Source: Hadesarchaea archaeon (GTDB lineage: Archaea > Hadarchaeota > Hadarchaeia > Hadarchaeales > Hadarchaeaceae). Taken from it: a stretch of 64,000 nucleotides of DNA. The stretch covers positions 1-64,000 of the forward strand of contig JAPDJH010000004.1 in assembly GCA_029259175.1 (NCBI GenBank), written 5' to 3'. The translations under genes were made by a program, and so were the position numbers. How positions within the stretch are numbered: position 1 is the stretch's first letter; the number at the start of each line of letters is the position of its first letter. The notes under the pieces were generated by a model. The model had not been told where the DNA came from and ran no database searches. It saw only the letters and a list, made by a program, of their open reading frames with translations. This document shows positions 9,356 through 18,455 of this stretch, piece by piece.

Positions 9356-9412
9356 CCAGCGCTGCAGCCGTGACCCCTCCTCATATTTTTATCCGCGCGG
9401 GGTGTATAGAGG

Positions 9413-9988
9413 GTGATGGTGTCTGAAGATCGTGTTCTGTTTTACTTCGGTGTGGGTTTAGTAGTGGCTGGGATGGTTCTGCTCGTGGTTCACGTTCTCA
9501 CGCCTTCGACGGCGGAAAGTGAAACACGTTCGGAAAATTTTGAACGCGTGGTGGTCGTGAGCCCGCCCGAGTCGTGGGCGTCTCTGCGGCTGGACAATCT
9601 CGTGACGCCCCCTTTATTCTCGTTTTTGGAGGAAAACGTGCACCTGACCGGTCAGGCGAGAGAGGTGGACAACAAGCCCTTCGATTTTTTGATTCTGGCT
9701 GGAGACGAGTACCAGCTCTGGTTGGCGGGTAAGAGCTTTGACTCAATCGTCCACGGAGAGAACAAGTCCCTCCACTCCTTCGCCGTTTCGACCGATTACA
9801 AGCTTGATATGTGGTTCGTCTTCATCGGGGACAATATCGGGGTCAGACTCGAGGGCTCCATCAGCTGGACGGAGGTTATGAGTGTCTCCAGCTTCTTGCG
9901 CTCTCTTTCGAAGTTAGTCTACTTGATTTCTGGGATCGCCTGCGTCGGGAGCGGCTTTATTCTCGTGTGGCTCTTCAAAAAGAAATAA
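9413..9988 (+). CDS. Hypothetical membrane protein (N- and C-terminal TM, beta-rich middle)
   Basis: Two terminal hydrophobic helices; fills the intergenic space. Confidence 0.65.
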   Translation: MMVSEDRVLFYFGVGLVVAGMVLLVVHVLTPSTAESETRSENFERVVVVSPPESWASLRLDNLVTPPLFSFLEENVHLTGQAREVDNKPFDFLILAGDEYQLWLAGKSFDSIVHGENKSLHSFAVSTDYKLDMWFVFIGDNIGVRLEGSISWTEVMSVSSFLRSLSKLVYLISGIACVGSGFILVWLFKKK

Positions 9989-10015
9989 AAAAGGCTGGAG
10001 GAGGAAGAGCCGTCT

Positions 10016-10600
10016 TCAAGAAGAGAGCGTGGCAGAACCCGTGGAGGCGATGATGGCAGCGTAGAGTATTCCGGGAATCAGAACGGCGAGCAGAACAGCG
10101 GCCACCGCGCGGCCGGTCGAAATCTCGTGGAGTTCTCGAAGCCCTAAGATGGAAAGAATCAGCGCCCACAGACTCCCGATAAAGTTGACGAAGGGGATCC
10201 ACCCTAGCACATATCCAGGAGTTCCGCCGTAGGCGAGAGCCTTCACGGTTTGCCCGTATCCCTTCCGTCCGCCGCACACGTAGACCCACAGGTGTGTCCA
10301 TGCCCCGCCGATGATGAGCCCAATGATTCCGCCGATCACGGTCATCACGATGACCACGGGCACGAGTGCGTAGCCCCAACCGCTCAGAGTGTCCACGAAT
10401 TGGCCCAAGCCCGGAAGCTGCTCGTACATGCTGGCAAGCGCGCCTATTACCGCCGCAAGCACGATGCCCGCCAGAACTCCCAAGATAACGAACCACACTG
10501 CCGCGTACTTCAGTGCGTCGCCGAGCGAGTCCCCTTTGGAGCCCTGAAAGGTCTTGGTGGGATTAAGCAGGAGTCCTTTTGCCTTGTCTACAAAACCCAC
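10016..10600 (-). CDS. Yip1-domain membrane protein
   Basis: LLNPTKTF start, GG.KGY.QT.KALAYG.TP, GLRELHEISTGRA; five TM helices. Confidence 0.85.
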   Translation of the reverse strand: MGFVDKAKGLLLNPTKTFQGSKGDSLGDALKYAAVWFVILGVLAGIVLAAVIGALASMYEQLPGLGQFVDTLSGWGYALVPVVIVMTVIGGIIGLIIGGAWTHLWVYVCGGRKGYGQTVKALAYGGTPGYVLGWIPFVNFIGSLWALILSILGLRELHEISTGRAVAAVLLAVLIPGILYAAIIASTGSATLSS

Positions 10601-10676
10601 GCTTCCACCACACTTCTATTTCCTTCTTCCGATTTAAGATGGCGGGTCTCGTGAAGTTTTTACGCCGGGGGTTCAA

Positions 10677-11702
10677 ATGGGTGTGAAACTCATGTCGCGG
10701 ACCAAGTTGGAACAGCTCGGGATTAGACTTCCACTCCTCCCGACAACGGCTGTGGGGAGTTACCCCAAGCCCCCCTATCTGCTCGAAGCCAGGCGTAGGC
10801 TGCGCGCTGGCCGAATCGAACCAGCCGAGCTCCGGGAACTCGAGGAGCGAGCGACTCGCGAGTGGATCCAGCTCCAAGAGCAGATAGGGCTAGATGTGCT
10901 GGTGGACGGCGAGATGTACAGGGGGGACATGGCCACTTACTTTGCTGAGCATCTCTCCGGGTTCAAGATCAGCGGGCTGGTTCGGAGCTACGGGAATCGG
11001 TATTACCGGAAACCCATAATCGTGGGGGAGGTGGAATGGCAGGGGCCGATTACCGTCGAGTGGTGGCGCTTCGCGCAGAGTCTCACCGAGCGCCCCGTTA
11101 AAGGGATGATTACTGGGCCGTACACGATGATGGACTGGTCGTTCAACGAGTACTATCCGAGCCGGCGCGACGCTTGTCTTGCGCTTGCCCGTGCTTTGCG
11201 GAAGGAAGTGGAGGCTCTCGTGCGCGCGGGTGCCAAGATAATCCAGATAGACGAGCCCGCCATATCAGCGCGGCCGGAGGAACTGCCAGCTTTTGCTACG
11301 GAGGCGATGCGTATAATGACAAAAAACCTGAACGCCTATTTCATCACCCACATCTGTTACGGGGCTTTCGAATTCGTTTATCCGCAGATGTTGGAGCTCC
11401 CCGTTGACAATTTTGATTTGGAGATGTCCAACTCCCAGCTGGATTTGGTGGAGCTGTTCAAGGAGCACCCGTTCACCCGTGACATCTCCTTCGGGGTTGT
11501 CGATGTGCACTCTCACGTGGTGGAGCCCCCCGAGGTGGTGGAGAAGCGAATCCGCGCGGCCCTGCAGGTGTTGCGCCCCGAGCGCGTGTGGGTGGATCCG
11601 GATTGTGGTCTCAAGACGCGAACGCGCGAGGAGGCCGTCGGTAAGTTGCGCTCGATTGTTGAGGCGACTCGAAAGATTCGGAAGGAGATGGGAGATGGAT
11701 AG
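10677..11702 (+). CDS. metE: Methionine synthase catalytic (MetE C-terminal-like) subunit
   Basis: PTTAVGSYPKP, DGEMYRGDM, KGMITGPYT, IQIDEPA, HICYG and PDCGLKTR zinc ligands. Confidence 0.93.
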   Translation: MGVKLMSRTKLEQLGIRLPLLPTTAVGSYPKPPYLLEARRRLRAGRIEPAELRELEERATREWIQLQEQIGLDVLVDGEMYRGDMATYFAEHLSGFKISGLVRSYGNRYYRKPIIVGEVEWQGPITVEWWRFAQSLTERPVKGMITGPYTMMDWSFNEYYPSRRDACLALARALRKEVEALVRAGAKIIQIDEPAISARPEELPAFATEAMRIMTKNLNAYFITHICYGAFEFVYPQMLELPVDNFDLEMSNSQLDLVELFKEHPFTRDISFGVVDVHSHVVEPPEVVEKRIRAALQVLRPERVWVDPDCGLKTRTREEAVGKLRSIVEATRKIRKEMGDG

Positions 11703-13470
11703 GGCTCTGGCGGTCGGGGTGGTGTTGGTCTTTCTTGCGGCTTTTTTCAGCGCCTATTTCATAGCAGGAATAGTTCCGGAGGCTCCTTCCATTTTGGAGT
11801 TTGAAAAGCACGACGAGCTGGTTCTTCGCGTGGACAGCGAGGGCGACGCCTGCGGTGAAGTATCTTTTTACCTTCCCCCTTCGCCTTTCACGGACGTGTT
11901 CAAGCAAGTGGTGCTGCTCACCGGGATAGAGAGCTATGCGCAGAGCATTGAGGAGGAGCTTCGGAACTCCTTTGCGCTGCGCGGATTGGAGGTGGACAAT
12001 ATTTGGGCGGTGGTGAAGTTTAACGCGGGGATGCGGATCGATGCGACTCTGCGGGTCCACAGGGTTGCGAGATGGACGGGGGAGGGATGGAGAATCGATT
12101 TTGGATGGATAAATCCTGAAGATGCTGCGGAGGAGGAGCTCGGGGAGCAGAAGATCGAGCGATTACTGTATCGAAGTTTTGCTCGGGGTAGCGGATACGA
12201 GGACGCAAATTTCTGGCAGTTTTATACCACTTCGATACAGCTCCCCGCCGATGCGAGTGGCGTGGTACTCCTGAGCAGCACGGACTCGGAGTACGTGGAC
12301 TACGGTGGGGGGAGCTACCTGCAGAGCTCTCTCTCGCTTGAACAGGAAAATGAGGTATGGGTTCTGTCCGAGAACGGTGTACGCTTTGTTACCACCCAGA
12401 ACGAGTTCACGATAGAGCCAAGCGCGCTGGCGGACAATGTGGTTTCGCTGGCGCTGACGTTTTCAGCACCGATGCCAGAGAACTGGTCGTTTGTCGAGTC
12501 GGTGGAACAGGTCAGGCTTGATCTCAAGTTTGGGCGCGAGTTACGGGAGAAGTACCCGGTGGTGGAGAACGGATCGATTTACTGGTTGACCCCCGCCCAA
12601 ATACTCTACAACGCGGCCCGGTATCTGTTGGCAGAAAATGCTGCGCTGGAGTCGAAGGCAGTCGCATCTCCCGAGAACGAGTCGGGCGAGTGGGGAGCGG
12701 TGTGGCGATGGCTTTCCCGTGAGGAATACCGAGAGCTGGCGGAGCAAGTGGTTTTGAAAGTGGATGAGACGGGTAGGGCTCCTGGCACGGTGGATACTCC
12801 GGTTGGACACATGCGTTTTCGCGATGTGCTCTATCTCTTTTTACGCGTAGTGCATGAGGTCGCGGAGAACGGCGCCCAGCCGGAGAATGTGTTGGTGGCT
12901 CCTGTCCCCTCCGGTCAGCTCGAGTGGGGGGCGGTGAAGGTACCCGCTTCGTATGCTTATTTCTTACTTCCGGATTCGTACGTGATCACGGGAACGGAGC
13001 TCGTTGAAAACGTGTTGGCGAGTTTGCCCGACAACTTGGACAATCGGGCTTTGGCGGAGGAGATCGCAGACTGGACTAGCTCTGCGCTGAGCTATAGTCC
13101 CTCCTATTCGCCCCTAACGTCGGAGAAGGTGTTGAGTTCTAGGCGGGGGCAGTGTCGTGACTACACCAACGCCTATCTGGCGCTGGCGCGGACCGTTGGA
13201 CTGCCCTCGAGGCGCGTGATAGGGTGGGTTTACTCGAGCTGGGTGCCCCCCGCAGGGTGGGGGCATTCCTCCACGACCACTTCGGAAGGAAAGACGGTTG
13301 CGTTGCACGCTTGGGTCGAGGTCTACGTGCCGGACGAAGGATGGATTCCGCTTGATCCCCAGTACTCGGGGGCGCATGTGGGGGAGCTGCCGAATGCCCC
13401 CTACAGGGAGTTCCGCCAGAGCTGGGTCAACGCGCTGGCCGCGTACGAGGTGGCGAGGGGGCTGCTGTGA
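11695..13470 (+). CDS. Membrane-anchored/secreted transglutaminase-like protein with pseudomurein-binding-like repeat
   Basis: N-terminal TM (MDRALAVGVV...), LSREEYRELAEQVV..GRAP...MRFRDVLYLFLRV PMBR-like unit, C-terminal GQCRDY / HAWVEV / WIPLDP triad; ATG 11695. Confidence 0.8.
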   Translation: MDRALAVGVVLVFLAAFFSAYFIAGIVPEAPSILEFEKHDELVLRVDSEGDACGEVSFYLPPSPFTDVFKQVVLLTGIESYAQSIEEELRNSFALRGLEVDNIWAVVKFNAGMRIDATLRVHRVARWTGEGWRIDFGWINPEDAAEEELGEQKIERLLYRSFARGSGYEDANFWQFYTTSIQLPADASGVVLLSSTDSEYVDYGGGSYLQSSLSLEQENEVWVLSENGVRFVTTQNEFTIEPSALADNVVSLALTFSAPMPENWSFVESVEQVRLDLKFGRELREKYPVVENGSIYWLTPAQILYNAARYLLAENAALESKAVASPENESGEWGAVWRWLSREEYRELAEQVVLKVDETGRAPGTVDTPVGHMRFRDVLYLFLRVVHEVAENGAQPENVLVAPVPSGQLEWGAVKVPASYAYFLLPDSYVITGTELVENVLASLPDNLDNRALAEEIADWTSSALSYSPSYSPLTSEKVLSSRRGQCRDYTNAYLALARTVGLPSRRVIGWVYSSWVPPAGWGHSSTTTSEGKTVALHAWVEVYVPDEGWIPLDPQYSGAHVGELPNAPYREFRQSWVNALAAYEVARGLL

Positions 13471-13826
13471 AGCTGAAGCGCGAGCTCTTGGAGTTCCTGC
13501 TGGGAGCAGCGCGATCGGCTCATCCAAAAGAATTTGCCAGAGTGCTTAGGCGGAGAGGTGATACGATCGATGAGGTTTTGCTGGTTCCGGGGGCGGCGTC
13601 AGAGCGCTCCGCTTTGCTCCGAATCCACATGTTGCCCATAGATCCGTCAGTGGTGGGTACGGTTCACAGTCATCCGGGGCCCTCGGCCCTTCCGTCGGAT
13701 GAGGACTTGCGGTTTTTTGACAAGTTTGGAGCTGTGCACATCATAATTGCTTATCCGTACACTCAGGATTCCTGGGCGGCGTACAATCACCGGGGAGAGC
13801 GCGTAGAGCTCCAAGTGGTCGGCTGA
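13467..13826 (+). CDS. JAB1/MPN/Mov34 (JAMM) metallo-isopeptidase
   Basis: HPKE, GTVHSHPGPSALPSDED JAMM motif. Confidence 0.9.
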   Translation: MKLKRELLEFLLGAARSAHPKEFARVLRRRGDTIDEVLLVPGAASERSALLRIHMLPIDPSVVGTVHSHPGPSALPSDEDLRFFDKFGAVHIIIAYPYTQDSWAAYNHRGERVELQVVG

Positions 13827-13877
13827 AGGGCTGAACGCTTTTTTCCCTTTAAAACGGCCCCTGCGCAAAGCGAAAGC

Positions 13878-13981
13878 GAGGAATGAGTGGAGGGCAGGGG
13901 GATAATGGGTTTCTCATCCCCAGCCCAGCTTTGATAACACCTAAAAGAGGACTGAAAATTTACTTCCCACCTGAGTTCCTC
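13878..13981 (+). ncRNA. Candidate K-turn/C-D-like small RNA between convergent genes
   Basis: TTTAAAA at 13848-13854; terminal stem GAGGAAT/GTTCCTC; CTGA at 13952 and 13971; internal hairpin 13892-13926. Confidence 0.4.
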
Positions 13982-14007
13982 TCGAAGTTTCCGAAAACCG
14001 TCATTCT

Positions 14008-14217
14008 TCACTTCGTGAGAAGGTAAAGGACGAAAGAAAGCAGAGAAAGGATGAGGAGTAAGGGCGAGGTTATGAAATAGAAACCGTTTGAGCGGTACAT
14101 GTAGAGGATCCAGGAGGGAAGGTGGCCCACGTCGAAGTAGCGGACGAGCAGCGGGGCCGCCATGAGGGCCAGTCCGATCAGCACTAGGGCGAATCCCAGC
14201 AATGGGAGCGCATCCAT
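14008..14217 (-). CDS. Small membrane protein (DUF2905-like)
   Basis: Two TM helices with GHLP...NGFYFITSP loop. Confidence 0.6.
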   Translation of the reverse strand: MDALPLLGFALVLIGLALMAAPLLVRYFDVGHLPSWILYMYRSNGFYFITSPLLLILSLLSFVLYLLTK

Positions 14218-14228
14218 GACCGAGCCCC

Positions 14229-14912
14229 TCACAGGATCTGGTGCTCGTCCACGTGTCCGCCGCAGTACTTCCGGCCGTACAGGCTGATGCGCTCGATGGC
14301 GTGCTCCATGTTTTCGCGCGGGATTCCGGGGGCGTTCCAGAAGACCACCAAGACCGTTGAAGTGCCAAAAGTGATTTTTGGGACTTTCGAGTCGCCGATG
14401 GTGTACGCTGACACGATGCGCTGCTCGTCGCGCAGGATCACTTCGCCTGGTAGGGGGGCGAGCTTTCTGCCGTCGATCAAATCGAAGGGTTTCTCGTCAG
14501 GGCCTGCGAGGGTGGTCCGAACTCGGCCCTTGAGTCGCTGCACGTCGTAGACGCCGCCTGAGATCATCGACTCGACTGACGCCAGGAGGCAGGAGTCCAC
14601 CACGTTGTTTATGCGTGGGAACTTGCCCTCGAGGGCCCTCCGCAGCAGATACTCGGGGGCTGGTCGGTAGCTGGAGGGGTCGCGTCCGATTTGCTTGAAG
14701 AACGTCCGGTAGGCTTGGATCTCGGGGATTGCGCTTATCTCCGCGCCTTGGTGTTTTGACTGAAGCTCAGACACCACTTCGGCGATGCGGGCGTTCAGGG
14801 GCTCGACTTCTGGCTCCACCGTGACGCCGCTTATCAGCACGTAGCCGGCCAGAAATCCGGGGTAGCGCTCTCTGACTGCGGGATCGAGTTCCAGCGTGCT
14901 CATCACACTCAT
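14229..14912 (-). CDS. B3/B4 domain protein (PheRS-beta-like trans-editing factor)
   Basis: AYRTFFKQIGRDPSSYRPAPEYLLRR, PRINNVVD, GVYD, GEVILRD; start ATG 14912. Confidence 0.88.
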   Translation of the reverse strand: MSVMSTLELDPAVRERYPGFLAGYVLISGVTVEPEVEPLNARIAEVVSELQSKHQGAEISAIPEIQAYRTFFKQIGRDPSSYRPAPEYLLRRALEGKFPRINNVVDSCLLASVESMISGGVYDVQRLKGRVRTTLAGPDEKPFDLIDGRKLAPLPGEVILRDEQRIVSAYTIGDSKVPKITFGTSTVLVVFWNAPGIPRENMEHAIERISLYGRKYCGGHVDEHQIL

Positions 14913-15054
14913 ATCGCGGGTGCCGCTCTTAAGTGTTGGTATGGGGGTTGGGATTCCGCGCGCATGGGGCGCCAAAATCCGGAGGAAACTACGAACCTTC
15001 GGAGTTGTGTGTAAGGGACGCGGTGTGGGGTGCTGAAATGAAGAGCTGGTCCTA

Positions 15055-15345
15055 TCAACGGTGGACGCTCGCAACAGTTTGTGAGCGATGATGTCTAGAA
15101 CAATGTTGCTTGAGTGGTGTCTGACTACGAACCTTCGTAGTCCACTCTACGAGTTCGCGGGCGCGGTACACTCTCAGCTCACGGACTCCGAATTCCTTGA
15201 GCTTGGTTGCGAACTCTAGGGCGAGGCGCAGTTTGCGGAATTCGACGACTGACTGCTGAACGCGCTCGCCGCCGATCTCCTTCAGCTGGCGGTAATGCCA
15301 GCCGGAGAGGCCCCTTCCGCTTTTGTCGAAGATCACCAAGTACAC
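15055..15345 (-). CDS. Stand-alone Cas2-like (Cas2/VapD/PaaX-middle ferredoxin fold) small protein A
   Basis: YLVIFD first strand ending in Asp, GGERVQQSVVEF motif (Cas2 G..VQ.SVF), ~70-aa core. Confidence 0.7.
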   Translation of the reverse strand: MYLVIFDKSGRGLSGWHYRQLKEIGGERVQQSVVEFRKLRLALEFATKLKEFGVRELRVYRARELVEWTTKVRSQTPLKQHCSRHHRSQTVASVHR

Positions 15346-15371
15346 TCGAATCCGTTTCCCCTTGGGTGGTT

Positions 15372-15384
15372 GGTTACTTATAAA
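15372..15384. promoter_or_regulatory. GGTTACTTATAAA TATA motif between Cas2-like gene A and its repeat cluster
   Basis: 12/13 match to GGTTGCTTATAAA at 27110-27122 and 4250-4262. Confidence 0.55.
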
Positions 15385-15648
15385 GCGATAAATCGGTGAA
15401 CTACGAACCTTCGTAGTACAATCTAACCAGAATACGGAGATATGCAGTGCCTACTGCTCCCATGAGTGAAAGCCTGCTCTACGAACCTTCGTAGTGTTCT
15501 CGCCGCCGCCAGAACTACGAACCTTCGTAGTTGGATCTACCACCCTCGAAGCCCACACTATTCACACCCAGCTGCATGATGACTACGAACCTTCGTAGTC
15601 CCGCACAAACCCTAAAATTTTTCTCCCGGCGCGGCTGAAAACGAACTG

Positions 15649-16230
15649 ATGCGTCCCCTCCCGCGCGCCTTCTACGAGCGCCACCCCGCCCGCGTCGCCC
15701 GAGAATTGCTCGGCCACATCCTGCTGAGCCGGTCTGCGGGCATAACGACCTCCGGGCTCATCGTCGAAACAGAGGCCTACCTCGGCTGCAACGACCCCGC
15801 CTCGCGCGCCTCCTACAAGCGAACCCCCATGAACGAGATCATGTGGGGTCCCGGCGGACTCGCTTTTGTTTACATGGTCCACGGGAACAGGCTGTTCAAC
15901 ATCACGGCGAATCCCCCAGGCATCCCGGGCGCGGTCCTCATAAGAGCCGTGGAGCCGCTCGGAGGAATAGAAGCCATGAAATCGAGGCGACGGTGTGAAG
16001 ACCCCCGCTTGCTCACCTCTGGGCCCGGCCGATTGACCCAAGCGATGGGAATCGAAAAACGACACCACGGGAGCGACGTGACGGACCCAAAAAACGAAGT
16101 AGTGGTGGTCAGAGGCGCTGGAGGAAAGCTGGAAATAGCCTCGTCGCATCGTATCGGAGTCCGCGCCGACGCCGCTCGTCCGCTCAGGTTTTTCGTGAAA
16201 CACAACCCCTTCGTGTCCAAATCCAGATGA
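15649..16230 (+). CDS. mpg: DNA-3-methyladenine glycosylase (MPG/AAG)
   Basis: IVETEAYLG..DPAS, AFVYMVHG, AVLIRAVEP, SGPGRLTQAMGI, RIGV. Confidence 0.93.
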   Translation: MRPLPRAFYERHPARVARELLGHILLSRSAGITTSGLIVETEAYLGCNDPASRASYKRTPMNEIMWGPGGLAFVYMVHGNRLFNITANPPGIPGAVLIRAVEPLGGIEAMKSRRRCEDPRLLTSGPGRLTQAMGIEKRHHGSDVTDPKNEVVVVRGAGGKLEIASSHRIGVRADAARPLRFFVKHNPFVSKSR

Positions 16231-16666
16231 GAAACGAGGCACCGCCGGTCACAACGGGCAGCGCCCAATCGGTCGACTTGAGCAGCCCGAGCTGGAAGTC
16301 CCACACCCACACCACCGGAAACAGCAAAACCATCCCTCCAGCTGCGTGGACCAACAGGGAATCCAAGGCAAAGTGCGAGCAGACCCCCAGCATGATCCAG
16401 CACCAAGCACGAAAAGAATCTGTAAACCACAGAGCACCGACCCCCGCCACCAGAGCTGCTCCAACGAGAGTGTGGAGTGGGAGCACCAAATCGGCGACGT
16501 GGTAGCCCCACACGCGCCCTCCTAGGTACTGGAGCGCCGCGAGATCCGGGAAAACCGCCCCGAGCAGAACTAGCGCAATAACTCCGTTGCTCGGACGGCC
16601 AAATCTGAGCTGGAAGAGCTTGAGCGCGCACCACGGCACCAACACGTGAACTAAAAGATCTGGCAT
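16184..16666 (-). CDS. Membrane-bound metal-dependent hydrolase (YdjM-like)
   Basis: MPDLLVH, GAVFPD, LHT, SHFALD motifs. Confidence 0.8.
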   Translation of the reverse strand: MPDLLVHVLVPWCALKLFQLRFGRPSNGVIALVLLGAVFPDLAALQYLGGRVWGYHVADLVLPLHTLVGAALVAGVGALWFTDSFRAWCWIMLGVCSHFALDSLLVHAAGGMVLLFPVVWVWDFQLGLLKSTDWALPVVTGGASFLIWIWTRRGCVSRKT

Positions 16667-16667
16667 C

Positions 16668-17105
16668 TCACCCCTCCACCATGCGCCATCCGCGCGGTTT
16701 CCACGAGCGGAAAAACAGCAAAACCAAGAGGACTGCGCCTACCAGGGAGCGGGCAAACATCGCGTAAAAATCGGTTCTCGGATAAACGATCGCCTTCCGG
16801 GGCACCAAGGAATCATTTTCCTCGAGCGTGCCCAAAACTTCGACGAGATCCCCGATCGATGCTCGAACCTCACGAACCCGGATCGTCCCCGCCGAGGTGG
16901 AGAGCCACACTCCTCCTTCATCCCTCTCGGTAACCGTTCCATACACCAGCACCTCGGAGCCCACGTAGAGGGCCTTGCTTTCGGCGAGGTCGCGAACGGT
17001 CGGGTACGGAAAGTGGGAGTGGGCCGCCTCACCGCTGTACACGCACAGGAGGAAAAGCAGAGCGATCATCGCCGCAGCCGCCAGCGCCCGCCTCATAATC
17101 CCCAA
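16668..17105 (-). CDS. Hypothetical membrane protein with OB-fold-like domain
   Basis: TM - YVGSEVLVYGTV...GDLVEVLGTL - TM. Confidence 0.65.
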   Translation of the reverse strand: MGIMRRALAAAAMIALLFLLCVYSGEAAHSHFPYPTVRDLAESKALYVGSEVLVYGTVTERDEGGVWLSTSAGTIRVREVRASIGDLVEVLGTLEENDSLVPRKAIVYPRTDFYAMFARSLVGAVLLVLLFFRSWKPRGWRMVEG

Positions 17106-17135
17106 GAATTAAAGCAGGGATGCGTTTAATGAATT

Positions 17136-17414
17136 GTGATGAAGGCGAGGGCGCACGTGTGGATCAGCGGGCGGGTCCAGGGGGTCTTCTTCCGGTACCA
17201 CACGGAGCAGCTGGCCCGACGGCTCGGAGTCCGCGGATGGGTGCGCAACCTGCCGGACGGGCGTGTAGAAGCGGTGTTCGAGGGGACCAAAGACCGAGTG
17301 GACCAGATGATAGAATTCTGTCGCCGGGGCCCGCCAGCCGCTGTTGTCCGCCGTGTGGATGTGAAGTGGGAGACGCCTACGGATGAATTCCACGATTTTG
17401 AGATAAGGTGGTGA
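17136..17414 (+). CDS. acyP: Acylphosphatase
   Basis: [23 protein letters not shown]. Confidence 0.96.
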   Translation: MMKARAHVWISGRVQGVFFRYHTEQLARRLGVRGWVRNLPDGRVEAVFEGTKDRVDQMIEFCRRGPPAAVVRRVDVKWETPTDEFHDFEIRW

Positions 17415-17433
17415 AACACTCAGCCGGAGGGAT

Positions 17434-17841
17434 TTGCTGACAGGGGCAGCTTCTGGAAAAATAAACTTGGATGGGACAGTAAGATTGCAACAAAAAGTGC
17501 TAGAAGGAGCAGAAATTTTCATACACTTGAAGGGGTACTCCAGAGCCCGAGTTACCCATCTCGATATCGAACATCCCGAACTCAAAATTCTGCCGCCAAA
17601 ACGCGGAAGATTTGCTACTCTTCAAAATGAGAAAAATGGATTAACGGTGAAAATCGGTGCCCAATGCCTAACACTAGAATGCTCTAGATTGAAGGACTTG
17701 CTCATCACATCTGAGAAAACGGTGGTGTGGGTGGGAGGAAAGACGGGTGGGCTTTACCTAGGATTTAAGCGCCCCTATGTGAAAAAGCTGGAGCTCCTAG
17801 CCGAAAAGCTGCTGAAGCTTGGAAGGCAGCTCGGCAAGTGA
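17434..17841 (+). CDS. Hypothetical protein
   Basis: 135-aa ORF filling the gap; HLKGY.RARVTHLDIEH and VGGK..GLYLGF look like conserved motifs. Confidence 0.6.
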   Translation: MLTGAASGKINLDGTVRLQQKVLEGAEIFIHLKGYSRARVTHLDIEHPELKILPPKRGRFATLQNEKNGLTVKIGAQCLTLECSRLKDLLITSEKTVVWVGGKTGGLYLGFKRPYVKKLELLAEKLLKLGRQLGK

Positions 17842-18444
17842 GCGAATCGTCCATCGCCCTGGGCTCTCTGCCTCCCTGTCCAGCAGGAGCGCGTGGGCCC
17901 TGGCCCGCCGCGGGATCTCGAAATCGTGAATCCGGTGGTCTCCCACGTGCAGCAACTCCGATGGCCGAACACCAAGCTCGACACACACCCGCGCGAAAAG
18001 CTCCGGGCGCTTCCCGACCACTCCGAAGTCCGAAACCGCTGAAAACGTGCGTCCAAAAAACCCATCCAGTCCGCTGCCCTTTATCCCGAGCTCCACGAAC
18101 TCCCGCGCTGCAGCCGAAACAACCACCAACCGGTATCGCTGCCCGAGCACGGGCAAAACCGACGGCACTTCGGGATACGGCCGGGCCAAATGCCTGTACC
18201 GCTCCAGCAACCCGCTCCAAGATCCCGACAGACCAAACCTGTCGAACCAGTACTGGGGCTTGTACCACTCGATCCGCTCCGGCCCGACCTCATCGTACGC
18301 CCGCTTGACCCTCTCCAAGGCCTCCTCAAAAGACACCTTCCACCGCTCCGAGCAGAGTTTTGGAATCCCCTCGAACCACACGGCGTCAGCAAAGTTCTTG
18401 ATCACCAGAGTGCCATCCATGTCAAACGAGAGGACCTTCAACAT
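17797..18444 (-). CDS. HAD-superfamily hydrolase
   Basis: FDMDGTL, KRP, HVGD...D motifs. Confidence 0.9.
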   Translation of the reverse strand: MLKVLSFDMDGTLVIKNFADAVWFEGIPKLCSERWKVSFEEALERVKRAYDEVGPERIEWYKPQYWFDRFGLSGSWSGLLERYRHLARPYPEVPSVLPVLGQRYRLVVVSAAAREFVELGIKGSGLDGFFGRTFSAVSDFGVVGKRPELFARVCVELGVRPSELLHVGDHRIHDFEIPRRARAHALLLDREAESPGRWTIRSLAELPSKLQQLFG

Positions 18445-18455
18445 GGTTCGGACCT

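Larger units (their letters stand above)
14987..15600. repeat. Array A: six copies of 18-bp palindrome ACTACGAACCTTCGTAGT
   Basis: Copies at 14988-15005 (one mismatch), 15124-15141, 15400-15417, 15478-15495 (first base T), 15514-15531, 15582-15599; all in the same orientation; intervening sequences unique. Confidence 0.95.

Noticed and set aside
15400-15599. Canonical CRISPR array call for array A (and likewise array B at 27147-27299)
   Set aside because: Repeats are only 16-18 bp, spacers vary from 11 to 60 bp, there is no GAAA(C/G)-type 3' end, and no cas1 or effector genes are present; kept as a non-canonical repeat
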